Numbered from the stretch's first letter, positions 17,105 through 26,971 are shown. The stretch is 64,000 nt of DNA from a virus (IMGVR_UViG_3300009873_000009:1-64000); one strand, 5' to 3'. Notes: generated from the sequence alone by a model not told the origin. Translations and numbers: made by a program.

Positions 17105-17676
17105 GCAAGGCCAAGAAGGGGTCCAAGTTTGAACGCGATACGTGCCGCACCCTGTCTCTCTGGTGGACCGGAGGGGAGCGGGACGACGTCTTCTGGCGCA
17201 CTGGTGGGTCGGGAGGGCGCGCCAAGCTTCGAGGACGCCGCGGCGTAAGTACCTACGGGCAACATGGCGACATAGCTGCCACGGACCCAATCGGCGACCC
17301 GCTGATTGACGTCTTTACCATCGAGCTCAAGCGGGGATATAGCAAGCACACCATCCAAGACCTACTTGATAAGCCTCGGAAGGGCGCGAGGCCGAAAGTC
17401 CAGGAATGGATTGACCAGGCCATCGAGAGCTGGGAGCAGGCAGGGTCATTCACCTGGCTGCTCATCTTCCGCCGCGACAAGCGGGAAGCGCTTGTCATTT
17501 TCCCCACCAGCATCACCCGCCGGTTCTGGAGCGAAGGAACCTACGTTCCAGGATCGGCGACGCTGCGCTTAGACGCGAACAACCGACATCACGATCGCTT
17601 GACCGTGATGTCCCTTGCTGACTTCTTGGCGCTCGTCAAGCCAAGAATTGTGATTGCTCGTTCCCTGGATTCTTGA
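17101..17676 (+). CDS. Hjc-like PD-(D/E)xK Holliday junction resolvase
   Basis: KGSKFER, GDI, IELKRGY. GTGA overlap. Confidence 0.75.
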   Translation: MSKAKKGSKFERDTCRTLSLWWTGGERDDVFWRTGGSGGRAKLRGRRGVSTYGQHGDIAATDPIGDPLIDVFTIELKRGYSKHTIQDLLDKPRKGARPKVQEWIDQAIESWEQAGSFTWLLIFRRDKREALVIFPTSITRRFWSEGTYVPGSATLRLDANNRHHDRLTVMSLADFLALVKPRIVIARSLDS

Positions 17677-17688
17677 AAAGGAGAAACC

Positions 17689-18018
17689 ATGCCCACGACC
17701 ATGCGTCCCGTTAGTTCCTTCGAGGAGCTGGAGGACATGAAGAACAAGGCGGAGCTGCCCTGGTGGATTGTCGTCTCGGCCCCGGTTGGGATGCGAATTC
17801 ATCTCGCTCCGGGCTCCGCACTATGTGAGCTCTTTGAAGGAACCAAGGCCAAGGAACGGGCCAACGCCCGCGCGCTGGAGCTGGCCAATCAAGACAGAGA
17901 GGTCAGACTTCTCAACGCCAAGGGGTTTGCATCCTGGGGTGAGGACTCCGGAGGGGTCTTCAACCAAGACGGCAAGGGCAAGGACGCTTACGACAAAGGC
18001 GTCAAGACCGTAGTTTGA
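17689..18018 (+). CDS. Hypothetical protein
   Basis: 109 aa, AGGAGA RBS. Confidence 0.7.
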   Translation: MPTTMRPVSSFEELEDMKNKAELPWWIVVSAPVGMRIHLAPGSALCELFEGTKAKERANARALELANQDREVRLLNAKGFASWGEDSGGVFNQDGKGKDAYDKGVKTVV

Positions 18019-18051
18019 CATGGGGAGCAGAAGCAAATACCCGCATAAGGC

Positions 18052-18450
18052 TTGGCCGGGCAGTATGCGGGAATGCCGCGAAAGCAACCCACCGATCCGA
18101 TATCCTCACCCGACGTCACCTGTGGTGGGACAGCACCGAATCGGCAAGCGGCGGAAGTACCGACGGCTAAGAAGGAGAAAGCGATGATGGAGGATGACTT
18201 AACACCAGACCGCCCGCGACAAGACATCCCCGAGGAGGAGATCGAGCTTCGCCGACAGGAGGTCTTAGCCAAGGTGAGTCCGTCCAAGCTGTTCGGACGG
18301 TCCCGAGCAATGGCAGGGGGCAAACCCCCCTCCGTTCTCGTCCGGTTCCACTCCTTAGAAGACCGTGAGGCCGTCAAGGAGGCCGCCCACAAGGCGGGGA
18401 TGTCCCTCAACGCCTATTGCCTGAAGATGCTCAAGAAGGGAGTGGTGTGA
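18052..18450 (+). CDS. Protein with C-terminal ribbon-helix-helix (HicB/Arc-like) DNA-binding motif
   Basis: VLVRF...REAVKEAAHKAGMSLNAYCLKML. The start is uncertain. Confidence 0.6.
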   Translation: MAGQYAGMPRKQPTDPISSPDVTCGGTAPNRQAAEVPTAKKEKAMMEDDLTPDRPRQDIPEEEIELRRQEVLAKVSPSKLFGRSRAMAGGKPPSVLVRFHSLEDREAVKEAAHKAGMSLNAYCLKMLKKGVV

Positions 18451-19370
18451 TGCTAGAACGACTCACCGTCCGCAACTTCCAAGCTCTGCGTTCCTTGTCC
18501 ATCGAATTCGACAAGGAGGTTACAGTCATTGTCGGTCCTAACGACCTTGGCAAGACTGCTGTCCTGCGAGCTTTGGAGTGGATTTGCACGAACCAGCCGG
18601 GCGGCGAGGAGTTCAAGACAACCGGCAAGAAGAAGGTCTCGGCGCGACTGGATGTTGACGGGCGGAGGGTGACGCGCCGCCGAGCGCCTGGACGTAATCA
18701 GTACCTGCTGGACGGGAAAGACTTCCGCTCGTTCGGGGCGCGAGTTCCTGACGAGATCGCCAAGGTGCTAAACGTCTCAGACATCAACTTCCAGTCGCAG
18801 CACGAGACGGCCTTCTGGCTCTCATCCTCCGCTGGGGACGTGAGCAAACGTCTGAACGCGATCATCAACCTCGGAGCCATAGACGAGTCCCTGGCCCGCG
18901 CTGCTGCCGAGGCCAGGACGGCAAAGACGAAGCTCGAGGTGTCCCACCAGCGCCTTCAAACTGCCAAGCGGGAACGGAAGGCACTGCTGTGGGCTGAGGA
19001 GTTTAAGAAGGACGCGGACCACCTCGAGGAGCTGCAACGGAGAGCACAGGACAAGCGCGAGGAATGCGAGCGTCTTGCGTTTCTCCTCAAGGAGGCGGGC
19101 AAAGCGGCCAAGAAGGCCAGGACGCGAGGACAACTAGCGCAAGAAGGTTCAGCGCTCCTGGCCTCCGTGGGTGAGGCGTTGAAGGTCCGGCGGCGAGTCG
19201 CCGACCTGGAGATCGTTCTACAAACCATCCAAGAAGCACAGGAGGAGTTATGCGAAGCGCAAAACAACGTGACCGAATTAAGCGCAAGACTGCGGAAGTC
19301 CCTGAATGGACGTTGCCCGATGTGCGGCCAGAAGACGTCCTCGCTGTGCTGTGTTCCGACCTCCACCTAG
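18450..19370 (+). CDS. SbcC/Rad50-like ATPase, N-terminal half (Walker A to zinc hook)
   Basis: LTVRNFQ, GPNDLGKT, QSQHE (Q-loop), coiled coil, CPMCG. Confidence 0.85.
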   Translation: MLERLTVRNFQALRSLSIEFDKEVTVIVGPNDLGKTAVLRALEWICTNQPGGEEFKTTGKKKVSARLDVDGRRVTRRRAPGRNQYLLDGKDFRSFGARVPDEIAKVLNVSDINFQSQHETAFWLSSSAGDVSKRLNAIINLGAIDESLARAAAEARTAKTKLEVSHQRLQTAKRERKALLWAEEFKKDADHLEELQRRAQDKREECERLAFLLKEAGKAAKKARTRGQLAQEGSALLASVGEALKVRRRVADLEIVLQTIQEAQEELCEAQNNVTELSARLRKSLNGRCPMCGQKTSSLCCVPTST

Positions 19371-20287
19371 ACCATACTCCACCCTTGCTCCGGACCGCGG
19401 AGAAAGAGTGGTACGACGTGATGCGACGGCAGTTGCGGGAGCTTAAAGCAGTCGCTCAGCTGTGCGGCGACGCGCCCATCGTTTGCGCAGGGGACATTGT
19501 CCATCGCTGGCAACAACCGCCGGAGCTCATCAACTTCATGCTCCAGGAGTTGCCGGATATGTACGCGGTCCGAGGACAACACGATCTGCCGTACCACAGC
19601 CACGACCTGATTGAGCGCTCTGCTTATTGGTCCATGGTCCTGGCCAGGCGCATCACAGACATCTCAGACAAGGGGGTCTACTTGCCTAATGGAGGCTCCC
19701 CTATACTGATTATGGGTTGTGCCTATCCTGGTGAGTTCGGAGACGCTTCGTTCTCGGTGAAACAACACCCAGCGGAGGCCGTGAAACTCGCCGTCGTCCA
19801 CCGCTACTGCTGGATGACTGGCAACTCCCACGTGAAAGCGCTTCCGCGAGACAACGCTGGTCGTCAGATCGAACTCCTCAAGAAGTGCGGCTTCACCGCC
19901 GCGGTATTCGGCGACAATCACAAAGGTTTTCTCAAGGTCCAGAAAGGGTTCCATCTCTTCAATTCCGGGACGTTCATCGTCCGCAACTCTGACGAGGTCG
20001 GTTACACTCCGCAGATCGGTCTGCTCCTGAAGGATGGGTCCATCGTCCCTTGGATGCTTGACGTCAGCCAGGACCAGTATCTAGAAGGGTTGGAAGATTT
20101 TGACTACATCGAGGCTGAGCAAGTAGGCAGCAAGGAACTTGCCGAGCTCATTGACCAGTGCGAGTCCAAGGCGGATGGACGGTGGGACTTCCGCGAAGCG
20201 GTGCTTACAGCCCTCAAGAAAACCACCAAGATCTCCCTGCCTGTGAAGGCTTTCATTCTCCGAGCTCTGGAAGACGTCTCGCGATAG
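19250..20287 (+). CDS. SbcD/Mre11-like metallophosphoesterase nuclease
   Basis: SDLH, AGDIVH, GQHD, GDNH motifs. The real start may be about 19313-19322. Confidence 0.85.
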   Translation: MRSAKQRDRIKRKTAEVPEWTLPDVRPEDVLAVLCSDLHLDHTPPLLRTAEKEWYDVMRRQLRELKAVAQLCGDAPIVCAGDIVHRWQQPPELINFMLQELPDMYAVRGQHDLPYHSHDLIERSAYWSMVLARRITDISDKGVYLPNGGSPILIMGCAYPGEFGDASFSVKQHPAEAVKLAVVHRYCWMTGNSHVKALPRDNAGRQIELLKKCGFTAAVFGDNHKGFLKVQKGFHLFNSGTFIVRNSDEVGYTPQIGLLLKDGSIVPWMLDVSQDQYLEGLEDFDYIEAEQVGSKELAELIDQCESKADGRWDFREAVLTALKKTTKISLPVKAFILRALEDVSR

Positions 20288-20297
20288 GACTGCAAGG

Positions 20298-20585
20298 ATG
20301 GCGCGGACCGAAGAACAATTTTTTGACGAGCGCCCGGAGTGGTATGCGACGACTCGGCGGGAGTACGTGTCGGACAATGAGTCCGACCACCACAACTACG
20401 TCCCTCAGCCGAGCGAGCTATACCGCCGGGCGCAGGCGTTGCAATGGCTCAAAACACAGGGCTTCACCGCCCGTGTGACGGGTCTCATTCTCCAGGCAGA
20501 GTGTCTCGAGGTTGCTCGGCGGTTGCTCCACCGGGTCGGGGTCAAGGAGGCAAACAAGCGCCTGCGGGCGTTCCTAATCATATGA
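20298..20585 (+). CDS. Hypothetical protein
   Basis: 95 aa, coupled to the next ORF. Confidence 0.65.
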   Translation: MARTEEQFFDERPEWYATTRREYVSDNESDHHNYVPQPSELYRRAQALQWLKTQGFTARVTGLILQAECLEVARRLLHRVGVKEANKRLRAFLII

Positions 20586-20830
20586 TGACCGTCAAAGACT
20601 TCCAACGACTGACTGCCGAGATCGAGGACGCCAAGAAGCAGGCGGCCCGGGCCGAGGGTGTAGTCAGTGCCAAGATGGCCGAGCTTCGGAGTGAGTTCGG
20701 CTGCAAGACCGTCAAGGAGGGGAAACGGAAGTTCGAGAAGTTGCTCGCCGAGGCCCAAGAAAGCAACGACGCGGCTGTCGAAGCTCTTGCCAAGTTCCAG
20801 GAGAAGTGGCGGGAGGTTCTCAATGACTAA
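20582..20830 (+). CDS. Small coiled-coil protein
   Basis: MMTVKDFQRLTAEIEDAKKQAARAEG...; located within the SbcCD cluster. Confidence 0.7.
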   Translation: MMTVKDFQRLTAEIEDAKKQAARAEGVVSAKMAELRSEFGCKTVKEGKRKFEKLLAEAQESNDAAVEALAKFQEKWREVLND

Positions 20831-21515
20831 CTACCGGAAACTCGCCGACCGGAAAATGGAGGAGCTCCGCTCCGCGAGGCGGGCGGTCAAAGCAGAGAAG
20901 GCCGTCCTGTCCCAGGCGCAGCGCGACGTCGAGGACGCCGCCGAGGCACAGGTCTTTCTACAGCGAGTGGCGCAAGAGGTTCAGCGCTCCGCCCACAAAC
21001 AAATCTCCGCCGTTGTCACCCGCTGCCTGCGAGCAGTCGGATACGACTACAAGTTTCGCATCGTCTTCGAACGCAAGCGCGGCAAAACAGACGCCCGCCT
21101 GGTGTTCGTTAAAGACGGGCTTCAGCACTCCCCTTTGAAGTCCAGCGGCGGAGGCGCAGTAGACGTCGGCGCGTTCGCACTGCGGTTGGCGTGTCTTCTC
21201 TTCTCGCGCCCGCGGTTGCGACGCCTAATGGTCTTGGACGAACCCTTCAAGCACGTAGACGCAGGAAGGCGGGTCCGGTTGCGCGTGCTCCTCGAGACTC
21301 TGGCCAAGGAGCTGGGAGTGCAGTTCATTATGGTGACTCACGATCCGGAACTAGAAACCGGAACGATCATCCGACTCGCCAAGAAGCCGGGCGGCGCAGG
21401 CATCCTTGGAAGGAGACTAGCGCCTGCGGAGGGAAGCGCTACCAAGAAACTGAATTCCCCCGGAGACCAATCGCGAGGGGAACCAGCGCCCGCGCCGCCC
21501 GGTCTTCCTAACTAA
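20823..21515 (+). CDS. SbcC/Rad50-like ATPase, C-terminal half
   Basis: Coiled coil, SSGGG signature, MVLDEPFKHVD (Walker B), VTHD (H-loop). Confidence 0.85.
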   Translation: MTNYRKLADRKMEELRSARRAVKAEKAVLSQAQRDVEDAAEAQVFLQRVAQEVQRSAHKQISAVVTRCLRAVGYDYKFRIVFERKRGKTDARLVFVKDGLQHSPLKSSGGGAVDVGAFALRLACLLFSRPRLRRLMVLDEPFKHVDAGRRVRLRVLLETLAKELGVQFIMVTHDPELETGTIIRLAKKPGGAGILGRRLAPAEGSATKKLNSPGDQSRGEPAPAPPGLPN

Positions 21516-22287
21516 TCGAGAAGTGTTGTCCCTTGGCAAACCCAGCCAGGAGTGCCGGATAGTCGTACTTCCACTGTGGCTTCAAGTAGAAGTTCCCCAT
21601 CTTGATCGGCTCGTTCCCTCGCTGGTCCCAATGACACTGATGAGGGTTATCTGCGTTGCTGTCTCGGACTCCGCTCAGATGAGACGGCGCGACTCCCCAG
21701 CGGTAGAAGTAGTAGATGTGTGACGTCGGAACGCGCTCCATTCGCCCGATGTTTCGCATCACTAGCATTTGGTTGAACCGCTGGTCCTCACATCCACTCA
21801 GCCCGGAGGGATAGCCGCCGATGGACTCCAGAACCTCCTTGTGCCAAAGCGACATGACGTGAGTGTTGCCTGGCGTCTGGACCTCCTGCGCTCGTCCTCC
21901 ATTCGGGCAGTAGAGGTAGTTCGCTGCCCGCCACTCGCTCAACGCCTCGCGCCGATTGAGAGCTGTCAACCGACCCATGCTATAGCTCAGCCGATGAGGC
22001 AGATTAATGTCGTCATCATCCCATCGGCACATGCAGTCCCCGGTCGCATGCCCGATCATGTCCTGAAGCTTGGCGGACAGGGAAGCGAAGCGATTCGGAT
22101 AGTTGATCACCCTCACATCCATCCGAGGGACGTCCAGGTAGATGTTTTGACCCGGCGTGTCGTTGCCGATAATCAGTTCCTTATGTGGCCAGTCCTGACG
22201 AATGAAACACTCCACCGCCTCCTCCAGAAGATGGAGATGGTTCGGGGCGCGGTTAAACGTCGGCATTAGGCAAGTAACTTTCGTCAT
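21508..22287 (-). CDS. GT2/GT-A glycosyltransferase
   Basis: CLMPTFNR, ELIIGND, RWDDDD, IGGYP...EDQ. Confidence 0.85.
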   Translation of the reverse strand: MTKVTCLMPTFNRAPNHLHLLEEAVECFIRQDWPHKELIIGNDTPGQNIYLDVPRMDVRVINYPNRFASLSAKLQDMIGHATGDCMCRWDDDDINLPHRLSYSMGRLTALNRREALSEWRAANYLYCPNGGRAQEVQTPGNTHVMSLWHKEVLESIGGYPSGLSGCEDQRFNQMLVMRNIGRMERVPTSHIYYFYRWGVAPSHLSGVRDSNADNPHQCHWDQRGNEPIKMGNFYLKPQWKYDYPALLAGFAKGQHFSIS

Positions 22288-22299
22288 GGCTTGGTCTCC

Positions 22300-22647
22300 T
22301 TAGTACCTGGCAACCACCGCCATCCCGGCGGCTACCATCTGGTCATTGACACACTCCTTATCCCCTAGCTCCGGGTGCACCGGATGGGTGCGCAACACCT
22401 TCGCCAGCCATCTTCCATACTTCTCTTTCTTGTCCTTGATTGTTTGAACGCAGATGGTCCATCCCATCAGCTGCTCCTTGAGCCAGTCCCGGGCGACCGG
22501 ACCCTGCGGAGTCTTAAGCTCCGGCGCATTGATCCCGTACAGCCTTACGGTCTGGTTCCTCATCCAGATCCCGAAGCCGAGGTCGATGTCGATAAGGAGA
22601 GTATCCCCATCAATCACCCGCAGCAGGGTTGCACGGTATTCGTACAC
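22300..22647 (-). CDS. Thermonuclease (SNase-like)
   Basis: RVIDGDT, VRLYGINAPE, EKYGRWLA. GTG start after GGAG. Confidence 0.88.
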   Translation of the reverse strand: MYEYRATLLRVIDGDTLLIDIDLGFGIWMRNQTVRLYGINAPELKTPQGPVARDWLKEQLMGWTICVQTIKDKKEKYGRWLAKVLRTHPVHPELGDKECVNDQMVAAGMAVVARY

Positions 22648-22649
22648 GG

Positions 22650-24533
22650 CTACTCCTTCCATAGGCCTAAGGGACACTCGGAAACTCGCATCGCCGCCTT
22701 GGCATCCAAGAAGCATCCGCAAACACTGCAACGGTCATCCAACCGGTGAGGACAGGTGGAGCACGTCTCCAGTCTCCCCCGCAGCACCGATTCGTCTACG
22801 TGCCGGAACCCGTCGGCGGCGTGCTTCGCCATCGTGCTTGCGAAGTTGCCAGCCATCGTTAAGACATCCGGTAGCTGAGGCTTGTCCTCCGCGAGGCGAC
22901 CGAGAACCGTCAGTCCGTACTGTTCATTGGAGTGGTAAACAACGGACCACTCCGGATTGCTTTTCATGAACTCCCGCAGCGCGGTGAGAAGACCAGGCTT
23001 GGAACCGTCCTCCCCCTGCTCCGCGTTGGCCTTGGTGCCGCGGCAGACGATGTAACGCCGGACGTTCGGAGCGAACTTGTTCAATTCCTCCGCCAGCATC
23101 TTGTAAGAATGCTTTGAATCGATAAACAGCATGTCCGTGTCAACAATGCCCTGGACCTCCGTAGACCAGGCATGGGTGAGGGTGAGACGGGCCGCCGCCC
23201 CTTCCATATCAGGGGCCCACTCCTTGAGCTGTTCCAACGTGTGATCCCGCTCGGCGTTGTACGACACCAGCCACGCCTTGCCGCCCTTGGCAACGGCGTC
23301 CGTCAAACCTACATAAAGCGCGACGGTGCTCTCGCGGCGCTTGGAGAATTCCGTGACGTGACGGCATTGACCGGCCAGCTCCCGCAGCTTCGGCAAATGC
23401 TGATTGAGGTCTCGGACGATGCTTTTCATTCCAAGGTAAAGCTCATCCGGACTGCGAGCTACGGACAGTTTCTCCTCCTGATCCGTCTTGTGACCGCATG
23501 AGCCACAAGAAGCTCCCGCCGGCTCCTGGATATGGGCTATCGGGTTCTTGACCAGATGGTCCCATTGCTTTTGATCCATCAGACCAGAAGCTACAAAGTG
23601 GTCGTGAACTGGTTTCAGGTCAAGCCCGAGCTCCTGGAATTCGAGCACATAGTTGCGGACCTTCAGATATCGGGAGAGTGGATAGCGAACACCAGCCGGC
23701 CGTCCAAAGCGGTGCAGCCACTTGAGGAACGGCAGGCACATCGCCTTGCCTCCTTGCCTGCGAAACTTCTCGTGAATGTAAAGCTCCTCCCCTCCGAACC
23801 CGCGGGCGTGGGGATTGAAGCCGGGCCAGGCGTCCTTAGTGCAGGAGAACAGCCCAAGGCCTTGTCCTGGGATTTCAAAGGGCGGGTCTGTATCCGCCGC
23901 ACCGAGACGGACGAACCCCCGCTTCAAAAGCTCCTGCTCGTGCCCCGGCCATGGAATGGTGAGGACATCCACCACCTGCCCTCCCATCTTGAGGTCTCGA
24001 AGAGCAACACAGCCTCCCTGTTCGAAAGTCGAGACGTGACGCCCCTTCGGAGCCTTCCAAGCCTGTCCCCACGTTCCCCACATTTCCGCCCGCCACTCGT
24101 CATTGAAGTGGGTGGTGATGTTGTGCAGTGTATCAAACACCAGCGGGCCGTGGTAGATGTTCTTGTCTTGATACTCCTCATTGACATAGAAATCGATGAG
24201 GGTTTTCAAAGCCCCGTACTGCAGGAGAACATGGCAGTCCATCACGAGCACAGCATCAGCATTCGCATGCCTAAAGATCAAGTCTCGGGATGGGGAGGTG
24301 CCGAGATTCCCAGGCAGCGGGACGTACTTCGCGCCGGCGGTTCCGTCTTTCATCCAAGACTTGGCGTGCTCGGCGATGAGTTTGCCGGCCGGACTCTCCG
24401 GCGAGTTATCCACAATCACGAACTCCACCAGCGGCATCACTTCGCTGTGGAACATCCGCAACGCCTGAACAGTAAAGTAGACGCCGTCATAGTCCTCGTG
24501 GTGGGCCATGCCCACCGTCAAAGCCGGTTTCAT
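22650..24533 (-). CDS. GT2 glycosyltransferase + class I methyltransferase-like + Cys-rich C-terminal domain
   Basis: FVIVDNSP, VMDCHVL, GFGGEE; MLFIDSKHSY...EL; CSTC...CSVCGC...CPLGLW. Confidence 0.75.
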   Translation of the reverse strand: MKPALTVGMAHHEDYDGVYFTVQALRMFHSEVMPLVEFVIVDNSPESPAGKLIAEHAKSWMKDGTAGAKYVPLPGNLGTSPSRDLIFRHANADAVLVMDCHVLLQYGALKTLIDFYVNEEYQDKNIYHGPLVFDTLHNITTHFNDEWRAEMWGTWGQAWKAPKGRHVSTFEQGGCVALRDLKMGGQVVDVLTIPWPGHEQELLKRGFVRLGAADTDPPFEIPGQGLGLFSCTKDAWPGFNPHARGFGGEELYIHEKFRRQGGKAMCLPFLKWLHRFGRPAGVRYPLSRYLKVRNYVLEFQELGLDLKPVHDHFVASGLMDQKQWDHLVKNPIAHIQEPAGASCGSCGHKTDQEEKLSVARSPDELYLGMKSIVRDLNQHLPKLRELAGQCRHVTEFSKRRESTVALYVGLTDAVAKGGKAWLVSYNAERDHTLEQLKEWAPDMEGAAARLTLTHAWSTEVQGIVDTDMLFIDSKHSYKMLAEELNKFAPNVRRYIVCRGTKANAEQGEDGSKPGLLTALREFMKSNPEWSVVYHSNEQYGLTVLGRLAEDKPQLPDVLTMAGNFASTMAKHAADGFRHVDESVLRGRLETCSTCPHRLDDRCSVCGCFLDAKAAMRVSECPLGLWKE

Positions 24534-24544
24534 CCTTGGTCTCC

Positions 24545-26461
24545 TTAGGAATTAGCACAGGGCATTATCGTTGTCCCGGGAACGGGCCCAGGATCAGGAG
24601 GGAAGACGCAATTGCACGGCGGTCCAACAGGCGTGCAATTGTAGCTGGTGTTGATCCACGCCCCTCCCAGCCACTGGTACTCGCAGTCCCCTCCGCAGGG
24701 AGCTGGAGTAGTGGTGGTGGTGGTCGTTGGACAAACCGTCGTAGTGGTCGTCGGGGCTACCGTCGTAGGAGCCGAGGTAGTCGTAGTGGTCGGGCAAACA
24801 GTAGTAGTGGTGGTGGTCGTTCCTGTTCCGGCGCACTTCGTATGGGCTATTTCTCCTGGCCAAGGATAGTTCGGGAGGGTGGCGGCGCAGGGGCAGTCCT
24901 CCGTGCAAGGGTCTCGCGTTTTCACCCAATCATTGCAAGCTCCGCTGAAAACCCAAGTGCACTGATCATCGCAGGGTGACAGTGTAGTGGTCGTTGTGGT
25001 GACAGCAGCGGTAGTAGTGGTATTGGCCGAGCACGGAACCTCAAAAATCGTTCCATCCGGATAGTCCCCATAGTGACCGGACGGACGCTCACAATGGCAG
25101 TCCCCGGAGCACGTGTCTTCTTGCAGCACAATGTCATCGCACGCGCTACTTACCTGATACTTACACACCTCGCAAGGAGCCGCGCACGGCGCGCAGGTAG
25201 TAGGCTGGGAAGTGGTGCTGTAGCAGCGAGCGCAGGGACCAGCTGTGGTAGTGGTCCCTCCCGTAGCCACAGTGCAGGGAACGGAGACAGGAACGCACTC
25301 GGAACCAGTCTGAGACGGCTGCTCACAGCGGCAATCGCCTCCGCCCGAGCAGGAATCCGAGGTCTTAATCCAGTTTCCGTCTACATACCAGAAAGAGCAG
25401 TCTCCCTGGCACTGTCCAGGTGGAGCGGTGGTCGAAGCGGTGCAATCCGTGCCGACTTCTTCGCAAGCGTGGGAAGCGTCGCAGGGGGAGCTTGGAGGAC
25501 CGCAGGCGCACTCCCCATAACCACCAGGGCAGGGCTCAGTCCCCGTCCAGAACTTAACCCAACTGAAGCTGCCGCCCGCCCCTGGCAAGCACCGCCAATC
25601 ACAACCGTCGCAGTTCTCGATACCGCCAGTCGGGTCTGCAGTAGTGGTGGTGTTGCAGTCACAGGTGGTGGTCGTTGTTCCAGGATCAGGGGTCGTACTG
25701 GTTGTGGTCGTCGGGCAGTTAGATGGTGGCAGGTTTATCGTCTGCGAGCATCCTGTCACCGTAATCTCGTTCTGCGTCCGTCCGCAGAAGGTCGGGTAAA
25801 GACACAGGCACGGCGCAGGGGTTGTGGTGGTCGTTGTGGTCCCCGGCCCAGCGGTTGTCGTGCTCGACGTCGTCGTCGGGCAAGGACACTCGGTGGTCGT
25901 TGTTGTGGTCGTTGGCTCGGCAGTCGTTGTCGTAGTGGTGTTGGCGCACGTGCTGGCGTACAGCGACCACTGCTCTTCGTACTCCTGCCAGGTCCAGGTG
26001 CAGAAGCCGGCGCAAGGATTCGGCGGCGCGGGCGGAAGAGTCGTTGTAGTGGTATAGCCTGCGTGGGGACGCTCACAAATCCACCGGCCGTACTTCTCAC
26101 GCTCAACTCGGAACCAACCTTGTGTGTAATACAACGGCTGGTCATAGATGTTATAGATCTCACGGCGCAGGTAAGACCCGTCGTCCGTGCGCATGGGACG
26201 AACAACGTAGTCCTGCTCGTCGTCATCCCATGCGATAATGGAGATGCAGCACTCCCGAGACCCTGGAATGTTGCCAACCCGTGCAGGGATATGCTCACCG
26301 ATTGGCAGGTGGGCGACGTAGACTTCGGGCGCCATCTCAGGAGTCCGCTTTCCGGACTCCCGGCCTTGGCTGGGAGCTGCTCGGCGCTCCCGCTGCATGA
26401 GGTCTTTGATGGCTTGAAGGGCTTCCTCAGTGAGGACGTAGCCCTCTTTCGAAGTGGCCAT
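24545..26461 (-). CDS. Cys-rich/Thr-rich mucin-like putative tail fibre or adhesin
   Basis: Poly-Thr tracts alternate with C-x-G-x-C-x-W...W...C modules; it lies downstream of the tail genes. Confidence 0.75.
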   Translation of the reverse strand: MATSKEGYVLTEEALQAIKDLMQRERRAAPSQGRESGKRTPEMAPEVYVAHLPIGEHIPARVGNIPGSRECCISIIAWDDDEQDYVVRPMRTDDGSYLRREIYNIYDQPLYYTQGWFRVEREKYGRWICERPHAGYTTTTTLPPAPPNPCAGFCTWTWQEYEEQWSLYASTCANTTTTTTAEPTTTTTTTECPCPTTTSSTTTAGPGTTTTTTTPAPCLCLYPTFCGRTQNEITVTGCSQTINLPPSNCPTTTTSTTPDPGTTTTTCDCNTTTTADPTGGIENCDGCDWRCLPGAGGSFSWVKFWTGTEPCPGGYGECACGPPSSPCDASHACEEVGTDCTASTTAPPGQCQGDCSFWYVDGNWIKTSDSCSGGGDCRCEQPSQTGSECVPVSVPCTVATGGTTTTAGPCARCYSTTSQPTTCAPCAAPCEVCKYQVSSACDDIVLQEDTCSGDCHCERPSGHYGDYPDGTIFEVPCSANTTTTAAVTTTTTTLSPCDDQCTWVFSGACNDWVKTRDPCTEDCPCAATLPNYPWPGEIAHTKCAGTGTTTTTTTVCPTTTTTSAPTTVAPTTTTTVCPTTTTTTTPAPCGGDCEYQWLGGAWINTSYNCTPVGPPCNCVFPPDPGPVPGTTIMPCANS

Positions 26462-26464
26462 AGG

Positions 26465-26971
26465 CTACCGCGGCGAGACGAACAGGGAAATCCGAGTGGG
26501 ACGCTCCATCGCTTTGAGATAGACGTTGACTCCGGGACGGAGCTCGACAGCCATGAACCGGCCCGGACGCACCACCAGTGGGACGTCGTCGGCCGCCTCC
26601 TCCGTGCCGAAGCCAACCAAAATGACCTGCTTGGTCAGGCGCTCACGCTCCTCGGCCGAGGGGTTGACCGCCATGCCAAGCCCCGCCCGGTTCTCGATGG
26701 CGATGAAGCCCGGGTTCGTCACCCACTGCATATCCAACCGCTGCCACTCCGTAGGGATCAGCAGCTTGCGGATGTACGGTTCTCCTCCCTCCTCGAGGAG
26801 AGCGCTGAACTGGTGAGCAGCTGATGTCGGTTGCTCGCCATACAGCTCGTGATTGACCGTCACCGTGGCGGTGAGTCTGTCCTTGCGGACTTGGTCTTGT
26901 CTGATCTCGACCGGGCGCGCAAGTGCCCGCAACGCCTCCTCGGTCTCCGTCAGTGTTGGCTGCCTTCCCAT
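26465..26971 (-). CDS. Hypothetical tail-region protein
   Basis: 168 aa, tightly packed in the late operon. Confidence 0.75.
   Translation of the reverse strand: MGRQPTLTETEEALRALARPVEIRQDQVRKDRLTATVTVNHELYGEQPTSAAHQFSALLEEGGEPYIRKLLIPTEWQRLDMQWVTNPGFIAIENRAGLGMAVNPSAEERERLTKQVILVGFGTEEAADDVPLVVRPGRFMAVELRPGVNVYLKAMERPTRISLFVSPR

Noticed and set aside
25073-26824. 583-aa and 286-aa plus-strand ORFs opposite the Cys/Thr protein
   Set aside because: They are Arg/Gly-rich shadows in GC-rich DNA, with no RBS or motifs, opposite a coherent late operon.
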